37,812 nucleotides of DNA from Paraglomus brasilianum (Eukaryota), in NCBI GenBank assembly GCA_910592345.1, contig CAJVPI010000267.1, positions 1 through 37,812 of the forward strand, written 5' to 3'. The notes beneath the pieces are model-generated. The model was not told the DNA's origin, did not search any database, and saw only the letters and a program-made list of their open reading frames with translations. Below, one piece after another: positions 1 through 11,581 of the stretch; position 1 is the first letter of the stretch, and each line of letters begins with the position of its first letter. The position numbers and the translations under genes are program-made.

Positions 1-197
1 GTTGTCACAATCTTGACTAACATATAAAAGCAAAGAATTGACGTGCTCGAGAGCTGATTTATGAGAAATGGATTCGGCCGGATTCTTAGATAAACAATCG
101 AGCGATTGTTTGTGACATTACATTCAAGAAACGAACCAATCAATACAAATTCACGTGACAACTTCGGTATATCGAGATAAAATTGTTGTTCGAAAAC

Positions 198-255
198 TTT
201 CGGCTTAATGCAATTTCGGCTTAGCGTGGTTTCGTCTTAACGAGTTTCACTTGTA
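198..255. mobile_element. Probable terminus of a Tc1/mariner-superfamily (pogo/Tigger-like) DNA transposon or MITE; other end presumably left of the window
   Basis: Three copies of TTTCG(G/T)CTTA(A/G) at exact 16-bp spacing (198, 214, 230), then CGAGTTTCACTTG and TA at 254-255. The reverse strand reads TA|CAAGTGAAACTCGTTAAGACGAAA, a TIR-like end with subterminal repeats. No partner TIR found in the window. Confidence 0.5.
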
Positions 256-1264
256 CATGGTGGTCTATAAAATTATCGATGTGTTGTTGGGTTGTAGCCA
301 GCAGCTTACAAAATTTTCCAACTTTCTTAGACTTTTAAAAGGTGTTAGAGTTATTGACCAAAGTGAACGATTCGATGCTGTTCGAATCAATAAACACAAA
401 CTCAGCATCCTCATCAATTACCATCCATTATGATGTGAGATGATGCGTAATAAAATCGAATCAATCGTCCTCTTTTAATACATTATTACGACTAAGTAAC
501 TACATGTAAAAAAACGATTTGAATTGGTGGCAATGCTAATTAAAAAGTTCAGGAGAGGCGGGGAGTAATCATATAATTTGATAAATCACAAATATATTGC
601 ATTTGGATGCTTGCAATTAAAGGTAAGGCATGTGCATTTTTGAACACAAAAGATAGGCCTTTGAAAGTTCAATATCTGCTTGTCGATGTAAATTCTGTTG
701 ATTCTGCCTATAACATACAGACTATTACAAGTAGATATTTGCTTATACAGTTAACTGATAGTACTAGTGTACATGCAACAAAACTGATGGCTTAACATGG
801 CGATAGAACAAACTGGACAAACAATATTCCTACATTCCAAGCTGACATATATGTCCATTTGGAATGGACAAATTGACATACGACATATCGAGTTTACCTC
901 ATAGCTCGACTAAAATACTTTATTAAAGCAAAATTGCTGACAGTGGCAATGTTAATCCGACAATAAATACGAAATTTTTATGCAACGCGAGAGTATTAAT
1001 GTGACGGTTTTAGCGTATTACAAAATACGCGGTGAGCGACATATGTATTACCATGGTAAAATCTTTTGTTCGCGAAGACATTTTGATTGCTTAGCAAATC
1101 TCGCATTTGTACAACGTACGTACCCCTCGTTGATGAAACTTTTGTATATTAAAAGAGAAGAACACATATATAATTTTACACGTACATACTTACTGTCATA
1201 ATTATACATCTTCATATTTTTTGCTCCATCATAATACGTTGTCGAATATATTCTAGCCTACAAT

Positions 1265-2060
1265 TTACCTATATATTAGACAGATTAACGCGAAGTCTAA
1301 GATAATTTCTTGATATCTTACAAATTTAATATCCATATTTAGTATGACAATTGTTGTGTATATAATTGACACATAGAGGATGTTCGGTAGGACTGTAGTT
1401 GCATGAAGAACGCTGGGTGGAGAATGCGTAGACAAATCGGAAAGGTGGGTGATGGAATTGCTGAGTAGAGAGAGAAGGATAACAACGTATGCCATTACCG
1501 TCGCAGTATGTTACTAGTGATTATTTAAATATGCATCGAAGTCCAATGCGTCAACCTTTATATCCACGTTCTAACGTATTATAAGCAGCTGAGCGACTGT
1601 TCTATCAATAAAATCAAAATGCAAAATTGTTGTAATCTCAAGTGCAAACCTGATAGTTGTTATTCAATAGAGCGTTCTCACGGATTTTCAACAATGGACT
1701 GTCTAGATAATTGCTTGGTCTGGTACTCCCTTTTGCAATTGTGACCATGCAAAGTTGTGCTAGCGTTAATGTTCGAATAACGCATAATGGTCTCACGCTT
1801 TGGACTAAAGTTTGGATTTATCCAACGATGCGACCTCTAACCTGCAAGAAAACTTATAGATTTCCAACAGAATGACGACCTGCAGCACAGCGCAATTGAC
1901 AAAGAAAAAAAAAGTTCTTGATTGTTCCTCTTACACACCTGAACCCAAACATAATCGAAAGCTTGTGGAAATAATAATCAATGAGATTTAATTGTTCTTT
2001 ATGATTTGTTCGATCAGTATGGAAAAAACCATTTAACATCAACTTCTGTTTTTATAAACG
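1265..2060 (-). pseudogene. Possible heavily decayed fifth HMG-box gene
   Basis: Minus-strand fragments in different frames, in HMG order: KNFFFL / SRTFFFF (helix-1-like), EIYKF.LA (1850-1864), HRWINPNFSPKR (1795-1830; compare EHSEINPGYVYKP in the 29715-30878 gene), then ALDFDAYLNNH (1517-1549). The conserved Trp/helix 2 is not found. Confidence 0.2.
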
Positions 2061-2690
2061 TATGTTATTGCTTACATGCAGTTAAAATTAGTTGAGTGTA
2101 TTTTCTGCCGCTATCCCGTTTACCGCCGGAATCTGTGGAAACGACGGTGCATAAATATTTACCTTCCCGCTCCGCTTAAGTATCAATAATGTAATTTCCC
2201 CAATGAGGATGTACATACACAGAAGAGGCGTCGAAACTTATCTGCCCTCTTTCAAGCATTATACCCACGCATGAGTACACTGATCTCTAACAAACGCAAT
2301 CCATTATTGGAAATAGTTATGCAACATGCACTTAGAAATTATATTATGCTGACTTTGTACTACACCATGTGCAGCAATAATTCTTGCTTCTATTGGAAAT
2401 TATCTAAAGGGGGAAAATTAAGCTTTAGCATTCAATAAGAAACAGACCCGAGATTCGCCTGTTGCGCAGTTCTAAAATCAGTAACATTCATTTGCTTGGA
2501 TGTTGCGCTCCAATTTGTAATGTTATTTTCTTGATGAGGTCTCCGAGATCATTACAACTCTTCGCATTAGAAGCTTAACTGCGCCGTCCAACGCCTATAT
2601 AATCTGATAAGGTCTGAACGAGGCAACCAAAAAATTGTTCTTAGGTTTTAATTGTCACTCAATTTCAAAACCAACAACTCGACATTGACT

Positions 2691-3581
2691 ATGCAGACAC
2701 CTTTATATCAAGCGGACGTCACGGCAGACCACAATAACGTGATAACTAGACGTCCTGGTGATAAAGCATATATTCATGTTATTCCTTCCACAAATAATCT
2801 GGTTAACGCCTGCAAAGAAGAAACCAAACACCTATCGGCCTTTTTGATTTTTCGTAAAATCATTGCTCCTAACCACTCATATGGAGATGGTAGCGCACTG
2901 GCTGGATTACTATGGGGTGCAGCAACACGAGAATTGAAAACGGTGATGAAAAAAAAGGAATTAGAAGTAAAACAGTGTTTGAGCCAACGCTGGGTTTTTA
3001 AACATTACAAGCCTGGTAAACGCCGTGACAAGCCTGGTAAACGCCGCGACAAGCGTGGGAAACCTAAAACAGGCTCTCATGCTTATAATAATTGCATTGA
3101 GACTAGGCTTGATAGCGCCAATGGAAATGAAACTATTTATTCTCGGTGTCAGACAAATAATGAGACTAGTGAACCGGAAACTAGCTATAAAACTACTCCG
3201 GATTCTTCTACAAGCGTGGCAGAAAGTTTCAATAATGAGTTTTCTACGAACATAATAAAGGGGATTAATGTTAGTAATGAAGATGTTGGCATGAATTCAA
3301 GTATTGATAACAGTGTTGGCAATATTGCCTATAATGAGAATAATAATTTTGTATATAGCGATTTTATGAGTGTTAATGTGACTGATAATAATTTTGTGTA
3401 TAGCGATTTTATGAGTGTTAATGTGACGGATAATAATTTTATGGGTGTTTTCACGGGCGATATGAATCTGTATGATAGTGTCATTGATTCCTTGGACGGT
3501 AATATCGTTGATACATTCTTAATTACTTGCAATTTAAATTCCGAGAATGAAATGGAGCGGGTTTCCACTAACAGATTCTAA
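2691..3581 (+). CDS. Divergent MATA-type HMG-box transcription factor (HMG-1), ~296 aa from the first ATG
   Basis: Open frame 2652-3581, first ATG at 2691. HLSAFLIFRK...ALAGLLWGAATRELKTVM...VFKHYKPGKRR fits the HMG pattern (AF-x-x-F-R, helix-2 W, K at the start of helix 3, basic tail), followed by an N/S/D-rich acidic tail. Clear paralogy to 14314-14868. Confidence 0.8.
   Translation: MQTPLYQADVTADHNNVITRRPGDKAYIHVIPSTNNLVNACKEETKHLSAFLIFRKIIAPNHSYGDGSALAGLLWGAATRELKTVMKKKELEVKQCLSQRWVFKHYKPGKRRDKPGKRRDKRGKPKTGSHAYNNCIETRLDSANGNETIYSRCQTNNETSEPETSYKTTPDSSTSVAESFNNEFSTNIIKGINVSNEDVGMNSSIDNSVGNIAYNENNNFVYSDFMSVNVTDNNFVYSDFMSVNVTDNNFMGVFTGDMNLYDSVIDSLDGNIVDTFLITCNLNSENEMERVSTNRF
3007..3063 (+). 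repeat. 21-bp in-frame tandem repeat (~2.7 copies) encoding KPGKRRD
   Basis: ACAAGCCTGGTAAACGCCGTG / ACAAGCCTGGTAAACGCCGCG / ACAAGCGTGGGAAAC. Confidence 0.92.
3340..3440 (+). repeat. 45-bp in-frame tandem duplication encoding NNFVYSDFMSVNVTD x2
   Basis: Units 3340-3384 and 3385-3429 differ at 2 positions; partial third unit at 3430-3440. Confidence 0.95.
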
Positions 3582-4199
3582 TCTAAATAACTTAAGCAAC
3601 CTTCCTTCATGTAGCTTCCGTCTTATAACTAGATTACTATTCACTTTAATAACTAAGTACGTTAAGAACATCGAATATGCATTTGGTGCGCATAGTGTTA
3701 TACTAGCTGTTGCAACAAATATGTTCAGATTAAAGACGAACATTTATGGGATTACACAAACAACCTTGTTAGTTATCAGTTGAAGGCATTACCTTCTTGA
3801 ATATTTACAAAGTAGTTTATTTTGATAATATTGAATTTTCTTTCCTTTTAAACGTCTGTTGCCAAACTTGATTTTTTAACTTCTGCACACTAATGAAAAA
3901 ATTTTATATGGCAATGTTAATATCAATGGGGTGTTTTTTTAAAATAACAGAGAAAGACAAATTCTTATAGCAAGTATTCGCGTTGACGTATACTAACAAA
4001 CCATATATTATATTTATTAAAATTATTTGAATTCTTGATTATTTGTAAAGGTTACAGCGGTATTTAATTAGTCATTTGTTCTTATTAGTTGTGCACCTTG
4101 TTATACATGGTGTCATATTATGGCTAGGGAGAAATATTTCGGTTTGTTAAAATTTTGTAATACAAATACAATAAATGGCTTGTAAATTTAACGCCTAAT

Positions 4200-4860
4200 G
4201 CCCGAAATGGAATATCAATAACACCTACGGTTTCATTGGCAGTTTAACTCGATTTCTAGTTCCTCCAACCACTCAAACCCAATCTTCCGCGTAATTCCTG
4301 TTTAGGCAAGTTTAATTTAGTACTTGTATTTCGAGAAGCGGAAGGGTATTTTTTTTCTAACATGAGGTATATTTTGAAAGTTTAACATATGGACGACGCT
4401 TAATTCTTACTCCCGTTGGTTCTTTATTTCCCAGAATAATAGCCATTTCGATATTCCAGGGCCTCACTATTGTAATTTTGTTGGTGTAAAATATTCTTCT
4501 AATTTAGGAAAATCTTCACCTGTCAAATCTAACTCAAAATAACAGAAGCAGAAGACTGTATCTTCAGGACATTAGATTAATCTTAGGATTGCTAAGAAAT
4601 ATTACGGCAGTATCAAAAATCTCGATAATAAAAAAAGTAGGAGAAATGTAAACTTCAATTTGCTCAAACGTAAAAAATCATTGTGAGAATTCTTTTAACT
4701 CTTCATCAGTAAGTTCTAATTTTTTATCTGATTTATTAAGGATTAGGGTGTATTTTGTAACTCTCATTTTTTTTCTCGCTCCCAATTTTCTTTGGCGAAT
4801 TAGATTTGCATTGCTTAATGGAGATTTTATTAAAGAATTGTTAATTTTACCATACTGTCA
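4200..4860 (-). pseudogene. Fragmented relic of an unidentified protein-coding gene
   Basis: Protein-like peptides in shifting minus frames (LELTDEELKEFSQ; CPEDTVFCFCYFELDLTGEDFPKLEEYF; ITIVRPWNIEMAIILGNKEPTGVRIKRRPYVKLSK) separated by stops and frameshifts. Family not recognised. Confidence 0.3.
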
Positions 4861-5013
4861 ACGACTACATTAAATCAAAATGGCTTTTTGCATTAATTTA
4901 AAGTTAAGGCGTACGTAAAAAAGAAGTCTTAATTTTCTTGAAATGCGAATATTTTGTCATTATACAAATTATTGTATCTGCTTATAATGATAATGCTTCT
5001 TTTTATGACAACA

Positions 5014-6210
5014 CGTGAGTGGTTCAAAAAGTTTTGACACAGTGCAAATATCTCAGCAACCACTGATCATAGCATCTCTGTGAATAGTAAGTTTGAGTTA
5101 CACTCAATTACAATTAAACATAAAAAATTTGACCCACTTTGATTTGGTGGTTATTTTTTTGAAATTTGTCTACTGAAAACAATGGAAAATTTCACTCACG
5201 AAAATCAACGATACTATATCTGGGTGTGCTGGAAAAACGGTAAAGGGGTGGGACTAAAGTGCTATTCAAACGTACTATTTACCGCTGGATTGAAGCATTC
5301 GAAGCCGGACAATCAAGCATCGAAAATGCACCCCGTTCTGGACGTCCCCGCGAAGCTGTTACACCTTCGAACGTTAATATCGTTGAAGACCTTATAAGTA
5401 ATGACCCGCATTGAGAGTATTCAGGATGTCATTCCCATCTCAACTGGAAGTATTGAAACCATCTTGCATAATGAACTTTCTCTCAAGAAAGTATGTGCAA
5501 AATGGGTCCCTCACGTGCTTTCTGATGAGAATAAGCGAAAGAGAGTTGAGGTTTACAGACAACTTCTTGAGTATCTCGACAATGGCTTTCAAAATATTAT
5601 TACTGGGGATGAAACATGGTTTAATTTCTTCAGTTTTTCTAAGAATGACAGTAACGTTTGGCTCAGTCGGGGAGAAAACCGTCCCCAAGTTGCAAGAACG
5701 GCAAAAAATAGTAAAAAACGGATGTTTGCATTTTCTTCTCAGTAAACGGCATGGTTATGGGTGATTATTACCAACAATGTTCAAAAAGTTTATGGAAATC
5801 AGTGGCAGAAGCACAGTGCGTGATGTCATGTTGCATCACGACAATACTGCGCCACACAAGTCAAAAGTCGTCACTAAGTACCTTCAGGAAAAACGAGTCG
5901 CATTGCTCCCCCACCCTCCTTACAGTCCTGATCTGGCACCGTGCGACTTCTTTTATTTCCAAAAATCAAAAAGAACTTGGTGGAAAGCGGTTTGAGAGGA
6001 TTCAAGAGCTCGCCCGTGCTATAAATTTAATAACCGATAGCATTTCGCAAGAAGAGTATGCTGAGTGCTTTCAGAGTTAACGTAGGCGGCTGAGACGTTG
6101 TATAGAGGTTAAAGGAGAGTATTTTGAAGGAATGAAATAGTTAGACTGATATTTATTATGTAAATAAAAAATTTATACGTCTTGTGTCAAAACTTTTTGA
6201 ACCGCCCACG
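5014..6210 (+). mobile_element. mariner (DD34D) transposon, non-autonomous, 1197 bp
   Basis: 28-bp TIRs: 5014-5041 CGTGAGTGGTTCAAAAAGTTTTGACACA and 6183-6210 (reverse complement CGTGGGCGGTTCAAAAAGTTTTGACACA), 26/28 identical. TA on the right flank (6211-6212), CA on the left (mutated TA target duplication). Encloses a mariner transposase. Confidence 0.95.
5182..6140 (+). pseudogene. mariner transposase pseudogene (several frameshifts, deletions, premature stop)
   Basis: Motifs in order across frames: TIYRWIEAFEAG..S.ENAPRSGRP (HTH), KWVPHVL, ITGDETW, LHHDNTAPH, PHPPYSPDLAPCDF (34 residues between the 2nd and 3rd catalytic D), RRCIEVKGEYFE ending at TAG 6138-6140. In-frame TAA at 6078-6080. 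Confidence 0.93.
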
Positions 6211-8350
6211 TATAATTCTTTGGCGCACATAAGAGATTGTAACAATATATAAGACTTAGAGATGCCCTAATATTTTGCGTTCAAATATATTGGCCCGAAA
6301 ATTATCATTTATGGATTAATTATTATTATTATGTTAATATGTATTGTAACCGCAATTATTTAGAAGCCATGAAAATGAACGGTTGTGATATAATCATATA
6401 AACTCTCATGCACAACACTTTCAATTTTTTTGTTCACGGATACTGTTTTTAGGATAAGACAGCTTTTCGATTATGTTAAACGTTTATTTGCAAAGCTATA
6501 TATATACAGTATAAAGCTATGCAACTATAGGTTTAACTCAGTATTAGATATCAGTGTTATCATATTAATACTAATAGAATTACGCTATTATATCGTAAGG
6601 CAATCAACAAGTGTCTAGTTGAAAAAAACCTTTGGGAATATATATTATTCTAGATAAAATACACATGAAAAAGAACAAAGTTAAAATCAATAAGCGAGAA
6701 TTCTCTTAACACAAACACTGATAAATCCTACGCTATAATAGTTTAGTAGTTGGGAAACAAATTATCACCTATTATCTAGCAAACATTAAACAGATCTGTA
6801 ACATCAGAACGTAACTCATATTCAGAGTAAATAAAGCTTTCCGTTCACCTACTGCTACGCTAAGAATAAAATGGCGATTGACATGAAGTAAACTATCATC
6901 AAATGCGTAACTACATAATTTAACTAATGTGATAGATATTATTTTAAAAAATAGTATTGAAGAAAGAGAAAAGGGATGTATTCATATAAGTAACTATACA
7001 CTTTGAGTTAGACTGTGATCTCATACTAAACCAGTTAATTGTGAAATGTCCAATTTACATTGCGTTGTCAATAAGTATTATTCTTTTTCAAGAACGTAAC
7101 GTCGTCTTGTGTTACTGTCAAAGTTCTCATCCGTCCAACAGTTTGTTTAATTATATAAAGTGATCTTATTGAATGTCTCAGTCAGGTTTTTCATCTTAAG
7201 CAAGTTATAAAGCGGACTACTACTATACACAGAGTCTATATTATACGATATAATTGACAGCCAGCGGGTTTTCTTTGGCAGGTTCCGAGACTCTGTTATT
7301 ACCTACAGGTATTTTATTATCAACAACATCATATATACTGTATATGGAAGTGTAACGCAAAAGCATGCAAACATGAGAAAGGCAAGCGTAATATCCATAC
7401 CTGGTTATCTGATTTCTTCTTACGCTTTATTTGTTTGTTTGTATTTATTCTTAAACGGCATCAACTTATCTGTTTGTCCATATTCGAATGTTTGAGTTTA
7501 TATTGGTTGTATTCGACCGCCAACTTTCCTGAAATTGGTTGTCTGATTTCCTTATTAGCAAAAAATTTTACTATTTTGCGTGGTAATTATTTACTGTAGG
7601 TGGGACCAAGCTAAATAACAGTTACAGCCATTCTAATACGTTGTTCACACATTCGTTGAAAAGCTAGACTGCAGTCAAAACGCTAAAAAAGCTCACGAAT
7701 ATCACAAATTAAGCCTTTCCCAAGAATTCAGATCGATCATGTAAGAGATTTAATTGGATATTAAAGAACTGGACTTTACATAATAGGTACTGATTACCTG
7801 TTCTTATGACCATAATATCAACCCTCTCGTGTATGCGAATTCAGCTTCTCACTGCAGGAGATTTGCTTTATTAGGCCAACACATATTTGGGTGTTTCAGG
7901 GGTTTCACTTGTACCCTTTTGGTCACGAAACCTTTATCAAAGTATTTAAAAGCATTGTATCAATTGTGGAACGGGTACGAAATGACTCTGCCTGTTTGGT
8001 CATTAAGGTTTGCTTATTCGGGGTATACCAGTACGAATAGAGACGCCCAATTTCCAAATTTATTCGGTGTAACTGTGAAAACGATATTTGTCTTAATTGG
8101 GCTGAAAAATCTTTCAACTTATGATTACGCTTGTTATACAACATATCAATATTCCCTTTTTAGCGCTTTTCCCAAATATCTCCCCCTTTTGGACGATTTT
8201 TCACTCCAATAACGTACACATACAGCTTTTCCTCATTTTGGATTATGTCTACGTTGTCCGGATATACACACGAATTGAATGTCCCAAACACATATATATG
8301 CCAGGCGCACTAGATCATCGTTAATACATCCCATCTATATATCGCACGCA

Positions 8351-8758
8351 ATGGAGGGAATGACACCGCCTAACAGCAATTCTCAAACATCCAACGAAAG
8401 TCAACCGACATATTCCGTTAATTCTCTTCCTTCGGAAGTCCCCTTCTGTCAATATAAGTCATTATATTGGTCTCCTCAACTCACTCGTCAGTCTATGTAT
8501 TGTACACCCTGTTGCGACGACGAAGATGATTCGTATCATGTCAACGAATCTGACGAAATGTTTTACACAAATTATCTGACAAAAATAAACACAAATGTAA
8601 GAACGGATAACGAAGTAGTCCGTCAGCCATCAAACAACAAGATAGCTGATGAACGTCGCAGACGAAAAAAGAGTGTGTTTGCTTCAAGATTACGGCTAAC
8701 ATCGATTATACTGATGTCAATTGGCTTTGGAAAATCCTCACTCTTTATAGTGCCGTAG
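8351..8758 (+). CDS. Hypothetical low-complexity protein (3' structure uncertain, may be spliced)
   Basis: Open frame 8279-8758 with ATG at 8351 after a pyrimidine-rich leader. S/N/P-rich start, acidic DDEDD patch, basic ERRRRKK cluster. Splice-like signals nearby (GCTAAC 8695, TTTATAG 8750, GTGAGT 8773). No domain recognised. Confidence 0.4.
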   Translation: MEGMTPPNSNSQTSNESQPTYSVNSLPSEVPFCQYKSLYWSPQLTRQSMYCTPCCDDEDDSYHVNESDEMFYTNYLTKINTNVRTDNEVVRQPSNNKIADERRRRKKSVFASRLRLTSIILMSIGFGKSSLFIVP

Positions 8759-10115
8759 TGCATTTAGACTGAGTGAGTATTTTGGATTTTACGACGTTGG
8801 CTTATTTTCGTAACTACTATTCGAACTCCGTTTTATGGTATATAGATTACAAAGTAAAGAAGTTCAATGCACAAACATGACACTTTGTGGGTTACCACGC
8901 TAGTATGGAAAAACTGCATAGCTTGGGCTGAAATCCTGTAATTAAACATAGCAGAATGTTAATATTCAACATCAAGTAGTTAAAAATCTTACTGGTTGTT
9001 CATTTGTTAGGTTGTTTATCTTAACATCATACGTTGCTCTGTTTATATAAAATTATAATAGTTTTACTTTTTTGTTTAACAAATAAAAAATGTTAAATTT
9101 TTTTTTCAACATCTGTTTGGGTCGCTTTTCATTAAATTGTACAGTTACCCCAGAATTTCTTGATTATCTGACAGATACCTTCTGTTCGACTGCCAATGTG
9201 TTATTTCAAACAGAATTCGAGTATAGGGATAAATAGATTGTATGGCTACTGCCTGGAACGCTGTTACGTACGTACCAATCAATTAAACACAGTCGGGGTA
9301 ATAAATATGTGTTTGTTTGATCTTATAAAAAAGAATGGTTTGAACAAATTATTGAGCGAACGTTGTCTAAGATTATTTCAAGTTAATCGTTACAATGCAA
9401 GCTATTACAGTCAACGTACAATACTGACGTCTGTCGTCCTTTATTTATAAGCATGCCAATTAATTATTCCAGAATTTGTGACTAACATTTAGTTTAAATT
9501 ATTATTGACATTGATAGTGTTGTATGTCGATTTGGAATTTATGTCCATCGGAATGGAAATGTGTCAGATTGAAATAGTAAAGACAATCAGGTAACAACAT
9601 TATAAGAGTATTTTATTAACATTACGATATCAACCCTACTGTATATAACCAACTGGATTTGTTATAAATATTATGTTATTTAACATTTGTAAATCTGACG
9701 TAAAGAATGAATAATAACCTATATAAGCAATGACAAGTGACTTGTGCCATTACTACTTGTATTACGCCTTATCTTCAAGTGTTTATAAACACTTAAATCT
9801 TACCTCATGATACAATAGTATTACACATAGCAATGTATTTAATTAAAATTACATTTCCCGTTCGAACAGCATAATGAAATAGTAATGCATTTTTACACAT
9901 GACAGCCATGTAGCAAAATACCAAAACATTTTCAATTGTTGGATGGTGACGATGCTAATTTAGCGAATATACAAAATTTCATACTAATACTATTAAACAA
10001 GCTCATTAATTAAAAATTTTAGGTGGCGAGAAGTGGGCGGAGTACTGCATTTGCGGCTTATTTAATATTATTGCATCAGGCAACTGACAATACTTTATTT
10101 GACAATTTGGAAATA

Positions 10116-10947
10116 CAGTGACTTACAAAACTGGTTCAATGTTTGTAACTATTGAACGTATTGACTCAGAACTCCACAAATATCCATAAATTAAAATAGT
10201 CTTGCTTCTTGGCTTTTAATTCATTTTTATTTTATTGACAAAGCCTTAGAACTTTTGTAGTTATGAATTTTAAAGTTGATTAACTCATTGAGTCAGTTTG
10301 TAATTCTTAACTAATTTAAACGTTATGTATTTGTAACTCGTAACACAAATTTAAAATCTACCAAAATATATTGCTTACTTTAATCCATCATAAGTCACGC
10401 CACAATAGCTATAATGCATGCAAAGTCAAGCCAATATGGACAGCCAAAGAAGCTTAAAGCAACTGTTAGCAGATAACGCTGTCAAACTTACCTGAAAGTT
10501 GAGGGATGGTAGCAATATAGACATTAGTGTCATTACATTAAAAGAGGCCGAGTTGAGGACAGCAACCAAGAAGAAAAGTCACGACTTTTGCCAAGACATG
10601 TATGGAAACATCTTAACTCTGCAACCAAGTATAGAACCAGACTGTGGAAGATTGAAAGGCCAAGATTAACCATTTAGGGTCAGATGGATGTGAGTGGGTG
10701 TGGAAAAGCCTGGTAGCATATTGACAGAACAGCATGCCAACAGTTAAATTTGGTGTTGCGTGACAGCTCAAGCATACTGCATTGTGAGTGCAGAACTTTA
10801 TACTAATACTAAATAAATGCATTCTTGGTGATAAATTTCCTAATGCTAAACACACTTCTCATACTGCTCAAAATGGTTTGAGGACAATGGTATTGAAATG
10901 CTGGACTGCCTGCATGGTCACCAGATTTGAATCCCATTGAATACTTG
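10116..10947 (+). mobile_element. Tc1-family (DD34E-type) transposon relic
   Basis: Fragments in order: GQPKKLKAT (10438), KEAELRTATKKK..RLLPRH, KYR..TVED*K, KINHLGSDGCEWVWK, PTVKFG (10737), KHTSHTAQ, WFEDNGIEMLD, SPDLNPIEYL (10918-10947), the diagnostic Tc1 motif. Candidate left end TA|CAGTG at 10114-10120; right TIR not found. Confidence 0.82.
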
Positions 10948-11381
10948 TTCTTTGATAATTATAATTTTTAAATAATAGAGAAAAAATTTTATAATACCTC
11001 CAAGCCATGTGTATGAATACTCAAATGATTATTATTAATAATGTCACATAACATGTTAAATTTAATTGCGTGAACAAATTTGCATTCAGTCCAGGAAAAA
11101 ATAACGGCAGTCAGCAAAGAAATCTTTGCAGTAAATTTTGAAAATAAAATTTGGGTTTAAAACTGTTGAAAGCACTTGGTTGCATTCCAGTTGATGCATA
11201 ATATTAATTGTGTATTATATATTATAGAAGAAATAACCTTGCCTTGTTTCAATTAATCGATTGATCTATAATCGAGGTTAAATATGAAATCGGCACATGA
11301 CTTCTTTCTGCATCCACATTTCGAAGACAAGTCTCATCGAAACAACTTCCGTATCCACTGCATCAACACACTTCTTTATTT

Positions 11382-11581
11382 ATCTATCTACAATCTACGA
11401 ATTCAACCTTCTATTACTACTCACGTAAAACCGGATTTTTGGTGCTAAAAATAACCGATGACTTGAAATTATAAGATGGAGTGCGAAAAGGTTCGAAGGG
11501 TTGAACTGTATATTAATGACTAAAATGCAAAATAAGAAAGGCATTAAAACGCTACAAGTTCGAAGAAATTTCGCCTTGTAG
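11382..11581 (+). pseudogene. SRP9: SRP9-like (signal recognition particle 9 kDa subunit) pseudogene fragment
   Basis: IYLQS (11382), YSRKTGFLVLKITDDLK* (11418-11474) and, in another frame, KRFEGLNCILMTKMQNKK (11486-11539) match my recollection of the fungal SRP9 pattern M-x-Y-x-x-x-W-x-x-F ... G-x-LVLKxTDD ... FE-x-LN-x-x-LM-x-KMQN. No ATG; intervening segments deleted. Confidence 0.55.

Noticed and set aside
3025..3783. Overlapping or antisense ORFs on real genes (also 14572-15073, 17021-18047, 20731-22503, 28207-28419, 30433-30687)
   Set aside because: Shadow frames of real coding sequence with no independent motifs.
6078..6080. TAA at a position that is usually Trp (TGG) in mariner transposases, as evidence of RIP
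   Set aside because: Single site; the element retains many CpA/CpG dinucleotides and is not AT-shifted, so RIP is not supported.
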